From: an uncultured Nitrososphaerota archaeon
GTDB lineage: Archaea; Thermoproteota; Nitrososphaeria; Nitrososphaerales; CADDZS01
Direction of reading: 5' to 3'
Length of the DNA stretch: 64,000 bases
Assembly (NCBI GenBank): GCA_963799845.1
Contig: CAWCYI010000004.1
Coordinates: 352,001 to 416,000, forward strand
Within the stretch, counting starts at the first letter, position 1. Every line of letters begins with the position of its first letter. Shown here one piece after another: positions 58,668-64,000 of this stretch. A program made the translations under genes and the position numbers. The notes under the pieces are model-generated. The model was given only the letters and a program-made list of their open reading frames with translations. It searched no databases and was not told where the DNA came from.

Positions 58668-59027
58668 ATGTCTCAAACTCTTGCCCCGATAAAGCCATTG
58701 ATCACGATGCAGGAACTGGATAAGATCGATGTCCGGGTGGGAACGATTGTCCTGGTCGAAGACGCTGCCAAGTCGGACAAGCTCGTGCGGTTGACGGTCG
58801 ATTTCGGCACTTATCGAAGGAAGATTCTTTCGGGCATGAAAAATGAAAGAAAGGACGTCAAAGAGATTCTGGGCAAGCAGGCGCTGTTCGTTGTAAATCT
58901 AGAGCCCAGGAAAATGATGGGCGAAATTTCAGAGGGAATAATTTTTGATGTCGGGTTCGCGGATGGGATAACAACTGTACTTGCAATCCCAGAAAAAGAA
59001 GTACCTAACGGAGTAAGGGCCGGATGA
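58668..59027 (+). CDS. stand-alone tRNA-binding OB-fold protein (CsaA/Trbp111-like)
   Basis: D.RVG.I..V......KL..L.VDFG...R.I..G, VNL.PR.M.G..SEG. Confidence 0.88.
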   Translation: MSQTLAPIKPLITMQELDKIDVRVGTIVLVEDAAKSDKLVRLTVDFGTYRRKILSGMKNERKDVKEILGKQALFVVNLEPRKMMGEISEGIIFDVGFADGITTVLAIPEKEVPNGVRAG

Positions 59028-59281
59028 GTCTCATGGGATTTTGAAGGGATAAAACTGGGCTAGCTCAGTGAAGAGAACAAACATTCTAGCTTTCGCATTG
59101 ACCTTTCTCGTTCCCGGTTACGATTGAAATTCAACAGGCCGTATCTCGAACATCGATGCATCTGCTGCCTAGATGCAAGGTTGTAGACTCGTTATGAAAG
59201 TTGAACGGATTTTGTATCAATCTGGGAAAGGGTGTAAATAGATCATGTTTTGTTGAGATAGATTGAATCCAAGTGATTTCG

Positions 59282-59476
59282 ATGACCCAAGAACAGGTCC
59301 AAATCCATAGACACCTCAGTAGCAACGCGGAGTATTATGCGCCATGCTTTACATGCGAGAAACATCCACATTATTCGCAGGCACCGATAACTCTCCATAA
59401 GGGAGATCACTGCCTAATCTGCAACAACGTTCCTTCGGTGAAGAACGAGCCCAGAATCGATTTACCTAAATTTTAG
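59282..59476 (+). CDS. small CxxC-CxxC / His-rich putative zinc-binding protein
   Basis: CFTC...HCLIC; TGTAAATA box and GTGAT SD upstream. Confidence 0.5.
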   Translation: MTQEQVQIHRHLSSNAEYYAPCFTCEKHPHYSQAPITLHKGDHCLICNNVPSVKNEPRIDLPKF

Positions 59477-59998
59477 TCTGATCATCGGTTTTCCTCTTTC
59501 GATCATTTCTCCCTCCTTCACGTAGACTTCTTCGACTGTGCAATCTCGGGGGGCTTTGATCTGAGCCTCCATCTTCATGGCTTCAAGCACGATCAAGGTT
59601 TCTCCATGGTTCAGGTTGTCGCCAGGCTTTATGTTTAGTTTAACGATCTTTGCTGGAAAATTAGAAACTATCAATTCTTTGTTTGATGCAAGCCGAGAAG
59701 CCTCTTCTTCTACGGCTCTATCAGATTCTCTTCTACCCGCAATGCTCTTCCCGTTTGCCACGAATGTTACAGAAGACCGCGTTTTGGCTAGTTGAAGAAC
59801 AGAGTACACTTTGTCATTAACGCTGATAATGATCCGGGCTTTTTCTCTGCTTAGCACGGCGACTCTAATTTTTTCTTTGCCTCCATCTGCGACGCTCGCA
59901 AGATATTCATCGCCAGATTTTGACGCCGAGGGATCTAACTCGATCTCTCTAGTCTCTTCATCGATGATAATTCTAAATCGCATCGATAAATCGACCAT
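59462..59998 (-). CDS. accB: biotin carboxyl carrier protein of acyl-CoA carboxylase
   Basis: LEAMKME biotinylation motif at the C-terminus. Confidence 0.92.
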   Translation of the reverse strand: MVDLSMRFRIIIDEETREIELDPSASKSGDEYLASVADGGKEKIRVAVLSREKARIIISVNDKVYSVLQLAKTRSSVTFVANGKSIAGRRESDRAVEEEASRLASNKELIVSNFPAKIVKLNIKPGDNLNHGETLIVLEAMKMEAQIKAPRDCTVEEVYVKEGEMIERGKPMIRLKFR

Positions 59999-61508
59999 TT
60001 CCGCTGGTGGTTAGCCACGCGGGTCTTCTTACTCGTTTCTCGGAAGAATTTTCATTCATTGTCGAAAACTGATTCTTAGAGAGCAACAATGCTGCTATGA
60101 TGAAATAATCACGATCAACATTTGGGCGAATCCTATCCGACAGCCCTAAAGACTCTACGAAGCCTGTGTCAAATTCTCCCCTTGAGAACCTAGCATCTTT
60201 TAGTACTGCTCTGTGAAAAGGAATCGTTGTCTCAATTCCCGCGATTGAGAGCTCTTCAAGAGCTTGCAGGACTCTTTTCCTCGCTTCCTCGAAGTTCCTG
60301 CCGGCGGCAATTAATTTCGCAACCAAGGAATCATAATAAGGGGATATTTCGATTCCCTGCCGCAGAGCAGTGTCAACCCTGATTCCCGGCCCACCGGGAA
60401 TGTTGAGAAACTCGATCCTTCCTGTGGTCGGTACGAAGTCAAGGAAAGGATCTTCCGCGTTAATTCGGCATTCAATGGCACATCCACGAAATTTCACGTC
60501 CCTCTGACGAAAGGGGAGTTTATTTTCCGCAGCAATTCGAATTTGCGTCGCGACGATATCTATGCCAGTAACGTGTTCCGTGACTGGGTGTTCGACCTGC
60601 AAACGAGAGTTGATCTCCATGAAATAGAAGTTGCCGGTTTTCGAATCTCTAAGAAACTCAACAGTCCCTGCGTTTGAATATCCAGTAGCTTTGGCGGTGG
60701 TAATTGCTAGGGTAGAGATCAGTTTTCTTACGTCTTCATCAACGACAGGAGATGGAGACACCTCAATCAGTTTCTGATAACGTCTTTGGATTGAACAGTC
60801 TCTCTCTCCGAGATGAACAAACTCATGAGAGTCGTCACTCGCAATTATTTGAATCTCGATATGCCTTGGATTGATAAGCTTCTTCTCCATAAAAATTGAA
60901 AATCTGCCGAAGGAGCTTTGAGCTTCTCGCTGAGCAGATTCGAACCCTTGCTTGAGTTCGTCTTCGTTTCGAGCTTCGCGGATTCCGCGTCCACCCCCTC
61001 CGAATGCGCTTTTGAGTAAGACTGGGAAGCCAATTTCCCTTGAGAATCTCACAGCTTCCTCGATAGTCCTTACCGATTCGTGCGAGTAGGGAACCACCGG
61101 CACTCCTTTTGACTCTGCGAGTTTCTTGCAAGCGAGTTTGTTACCGCTAATTGCCAGAGTTTCCGGGGACGGACCGATAAACTTCAACCCGTTTTCTCGA
61201 CAAGCTCGTGAAAAGTCGCTCGATTCCGACAGGAATCCGTATCCGGGATGGATTGCATCGCAATCTGCGCTCTTGGCGATCTCGATGATTTTTCTTGCAT
61301 TGAGATAGGTATCGCCGGGACTGTATCCTGGAAGCCTGATCGCCATGTCTGCCATGCTGACATGCATCCATGCAACGTCAGCATCAGAGAAGATCGCAGC
61401 TGATTCAATGTTCAGTGTTCTTAATGCCCTGATGATTCTAACCGCGATTTCTCCACGGTTTGCGACAAGAACCCTTCTAAAATCTGGCGTTGCGTTCACC
61501 TCCAACAA
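59973..61508 (-). CDS. accC: biotin carboxylase subunit
   Basis: ANRGEIA.R, HPGYGFLSE, GGGGRG.R, ERDCSIQRR, E.NSRLQVEH, RINAED, YYDSL.AK. Confidence 0.96.
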   Translation of the reverse strand: MLEVNATPDFRRVLVANRGEIAVRIIRALRTLNIESAAIFSDADVAWMHVSMADMAIRLPGYSPGDTYLNARKIIEIAKSADCDAIHPGYGFLSESSDFSRACRENGLKFIGPSPETLAISGNKLACKKLAESKGVPVVPYSHESVRTIEEAVRFSREIGFPVLLKSAFGGGGRGIREARNEDELKQGFESAQREAQSSFGRFSIFMEKKLINPRHIEIQIIASDDSHEFVHLGERDCSIQRRYQKLIEVSPSPVVDEDVRKLISTLAITTAKATGYSNAGTVEFLRDSKTGNFYFMEINSRLQVEHPVTEHVTGIDIVATQIRIAAENKLPFRQRDVKFRGCAIECRINAEDPFLDFVPTTGRIEFLNIPGGPGIRVDTALRQGIEISPYYDSLVAKLIAAGRNFEEARKRVLQALEELSIAGIETTIPFHRAVLKDARFSRGEFDTGFVESLGLSDRIRPNVDRDYFIIAALLLSKNQFSTMNENSSEKRVRRPAWLTTSGNGRFIDAI

Positions 61509-61529
61509 AGTATCCGAGCAGGACGAATC

Positions 61530-63095
61530 CTAGAGTTGAATATTCCCGTGTTTTTTTGCCGGGCGCTGTTCATTCTTTTCGGAGAGAACTTTCAACGCTC
61601 TCGTGATCTGAGTTCTTGTTTCCCTCGGCATAATCACCCCGTCGATAATTCCCCTTTCGGCCGCGATGAACGGGTTGACGAACTTATCAGCGTAATCCGC
61701 TACGAGTTTGGACTTGAATGACTCGCCCGGATTTGATTCTAGATCGCTCCTGAAGATTATCGCCACTGCTCCCTCGGGACCCATGACTGCAAGTTGGGCA
61801 GAGGGCCAAGCGAAGTTCAAATCCGATCTGGAGTACTTGCTTCCCATCGCGCAATATGCACCGCCGTAAGCTTTCCTCACGACTATCGTTATTTTTGGGA
61901 TCGTAGCCTCGCAGTAGGCATAGAGCAATTTCGAGCCGTGCCTGATGATTCCTCCCGACTCTTGTTCGGGACCTGGCATGTACCCGGGTACGTCCACAAA
62001 TGTAATGACGGGAATGTTGAAAGAATCGCAAAATCGGATAAATCTGGCCGCCTTGTTCGATGAATCAATGTCAAGAGCTCCAGCAAGCTGCATGGGTTGA
62101 TTTGCCACGACTCCAACGGTTCTCCCGTTCATTCTGGCAAGCCCGACTATGATATTTGGTGCCCAGTGCGAATGAACCTCGAGGAAATCATGCTCATCCA
62201 CGATCTCAGAAATCACATTCTTCATGTCGTACGGCTTGTTTGAGTCCAGAGGTATCAAGGCGTCCAGAATATCATTTGAACGTTCTGGGCTATCGGACAC
62301 TTCGATTTTCGGGGGAAATTCTGAATTGTTAGACGGAAGGAAAGAAAGTAGTTTTTTTATTCCTTCGAAACACTCGTCTTCGTTATTGGAGACGAAATGT
62401 GCCACCCCGCTTTTGGTCGCGTGGACTTCTGCTCCTCCGAGCTCCTCAAAAGTCACTTCCTGTCCCAAGGCGGCCTTTACCACATCCGGACCAGTTATGA
62501 ACATGTGACTCGTCCCTTCGACCATGAATACAAAATCAGTCATAGCCGGTGAGTAAACCGCCCCTCCCGCGCACGGTCCCAAAATAGCCGAGATCTGAGG
62601 GATCACTCCTGATGCGAGCGTGTTGCGAAAGAAAATTTCGCTATAGGCAGCCAAGCTCTGCACGCCCTCTTGAATTCTGGCTCCCCCCGAATCGTTCAAT
62701 CCGATGAAAGGGGCTCCGGCCTTAATCGACAGATCCATCACGTTGTTGATCTTCTTGCCAAACATCTCTCCGAGCGAACCCCCGAAAACGGTGAAATCGT
62801 GAGAGAAAAGAAATACAGTCCTGCCTTCAATAGTTCCGTATCCTGTGACCACCCCATCCCCGTAGAATTTTTCGGTCGATTTGCCATTCTGTTCCGATCT
62901 GCTAACCACGAACTTGTCAATCTCCACAAAAGAACCCTCGTCGAGCAAGGCCTCGATCCTTTCGCGGGCGGTTTTCTTTCCCTTCCGATGCTGAGCGTCA
63001 ATTCGAGCCTGACCTCCACCCAGGTCGGCGGATTTGTTCATCAGGTCGAGCTGATTTGTGACACGCTCGTTCGGTTTCAGAATCTTGTCTTCCAA
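61530..63095 (-). CDS. pccB: acetyl/propionyl-CoA carboxylase carboxyltransferase subunit
   Basis: GK.TARER, DSGGARIQEG, GPCAGGAVYSP, DVPG..PG, KAYGGAY, KKHGNI.L. Confidence 0.95.
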   Translation of the reverse strand: MEDKILKPNERVTNQLDLMNKSADLGGGQARIDAQHRKGKKTARERIEALLDEGSFVEIDKFVVSRSEQNGKSTEKFYGDGVVTGYGTIEGRTVFLFSHDFTVFGGSLGEMFGKKINNVMDLSIKAGAPFIGLNDSGGARIQEGVQSLAAYSEIFFRNTLASGVIPQISAILGPCAGGAVYSPAMTDFVFMVEGTSHMFITGPDVVKAALGQEVTFEELGGAEVHATKSGVAHFVSNNEDECFEGIKKLLSFLPSNNSEFPPKIEVSDSPERSNDILDALIPLDSNKPYDMKNVISEIVDEHDFLEVHSHWAPNIIVGLARMNGRTVGVVANQPMQLAGALDIDSSNKAARFIRFCDSFNIPVITFVDVPGYMPGPEQESGGIIRHGSKLLYAYCEATIPKITIVVRKAYGGAYCAMGSKYSRSDLNFAWPSAQLAVMGPEGAVAIIFRSDLESNPGESFKSKLVADYADKFVNPFIAAERGIIDGVIMPRETRTQITRALKVLSEKNEQRPAKKHGNIQL

Positions 63096-63282
63096 TTTGT
63101 ATTTTGCGGTTTCTGCACTCGCGCTTTAAGTTGTTCTTCAAGCACAGTAATCGTTGACTTTTTGACGAACCAGGCGGACATCCTCTGGCAAGAGAATCCG
63201 ATCTTAGTATGTGGAATTATCCAATGGATGCACCAAATCAGGCTTAAGTACCTCAGCACGAATCACTGCAAGCGCACAAACG

Positions 63283-63519
63283 ATGTCTGAAGAGGCAGTA
63301 ACTGTGACAAAGAAAGGACAAGTTACAATTCCTGCAAGATTCAGAAAACAATTCAAGATCAAAGAGGGTACCAAATTGCTGATTACTCAGGGGGAAAATG
63401 TGATGATTGTTCGACCACTTCCCGACATTGATGATTTGCTGGGAATTTTTTCCGGAAAAATCGCCCTCGCTGAAATTCGAAATGAATTGGATCAGATGCG
63501 AAAACAAGACAGGTACTAG
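63283..63519 (+). CDS. AbrB/MazE-family antitoxin
   Basis: VTKKGQVTIPA.FRK...IKEG. Confidence 0.9.
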   Translation: MSEEAVTVTKKGQVTIPARFRKQFKIKEGTKLLITQGENVMIVRPLPDIDDLLGIFSGKIALAEIRNELDQMRKQDRY

Positions 63520-63525
63520 ATCCCG

Positions 63526-63924
63526 ATGGTTCGGATTGTTGATACTAGATTTCTTCTCCTGCACCTCCTCGCTGACACCGATGATCTGAAAGCTAGAGCT
63601 CGCTCCAAAATGGTTGAGCTGCGACAGGAAGGGGCCATAGTACCAACGATTGTCCTCCACGAAATGTACAAGCTCGTATTCCAAAAGTTTGGAAGGGACA
63701 CTGCGGACACCCAGCTAAAGTCGATTGAAACATCCGGGCTTAAAGTAGAGGATCTTACAGTGGACATTGCGAGAATTGCAGCTGTATTGCGTAGCAAGTA
63801 TCTCGACTTGCCAGTTGCAAACTCGATAATCGCAGCAACTTCAATTGTCAAAGGCTCCAAGATCGTGTTTTCTGACGACGAACAGTTCGCAAAAGTGAAA
63901 GAAATTAGGACGGAATGGATCTGA
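63526..63924 (+). CDS. vapC: PIN-domain (VapC-like) toxin
   Basis: IVDT, T.VL.E, IAAT.......FSDD..F; directly downstream of the AbrB gene. Confidence 0.88.
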   Translation: MVRIVDTRFLLLHLLADTDDLKARARSKMVELRQEGAIVPTIVLHEMYKLVFQKFGRDTADTQLKSIETSGLKVEDLTVDIARIAAVLRSKYLDLPVANSIIAATSIVKGSKIVFSDDEQFAKVKEIRTEWI

Positions 63925-64000
63925 GCGAGGATATAGTCCTGCTCTCCATGAGCTGCTGGAAAGATGGATTTTCTGTTTAACTACCGGAAATATCGCTGCT

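Noticed and set aside
55953-63095. Claim of autotrophy or ammonia oxidation
   Set aside because: No amo genes or diagnostic 3HP/4HB enzymes are in the window

Overview
Archaeal chromosomal window, most likely a member of Nitrososphaerota (Thaumarchaeota sensu lato). The evidence is a eukaryote-like type IB topoisomerase, Hef, NreA, a GHMP-type shikimate kinase, thaumarchaeal-style small proteins, TATA-type promoters and frequent TTG/GTG starts. Most of the window is housekeeping or metabolic: two tatA paralogues, a polytopic Tat-dependent Mo-oxidoreductase, glgP, cyoE, tmk, hef, ilvE, hflX, a complete shikimate/tyrosine cluster, a DEAD-box helicase, nreA, topoisomerase IB, ahcY, acnA, ilvD, citrate synthase, methylmalonyl-CoA mutase large subunit plus meaB, a three-gene acyl-CoA carboxylase and an AbrB-VapC toxin-antitoxin pair. 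I saw no rRNA, tRNA, CRISPR array or transposase. Six single-base insertions interrupt or truncate otherwise intact ORFs and are probably sequencing or assembly errors. The most interesting signals are non-coding. (1) A modular dispersed repeat occurs twice in inverted orientation (15.0-15.3 kb and 41.6-42.1 kb) and carries a ~66-nt palindrome with six AGCT boxes spaced 9-10-11-10-9 nt apart. (2) A Phe-Phe-Gln-Tyr mini-ORF lies in the leader of the aromatic amino-acid operon and is a candidate archaeal attenuator. (3) A long multi-hairpin 5' leader precedes the DEAD-box helicase. All assignments come from reading motifs by eye; no database searches were run.
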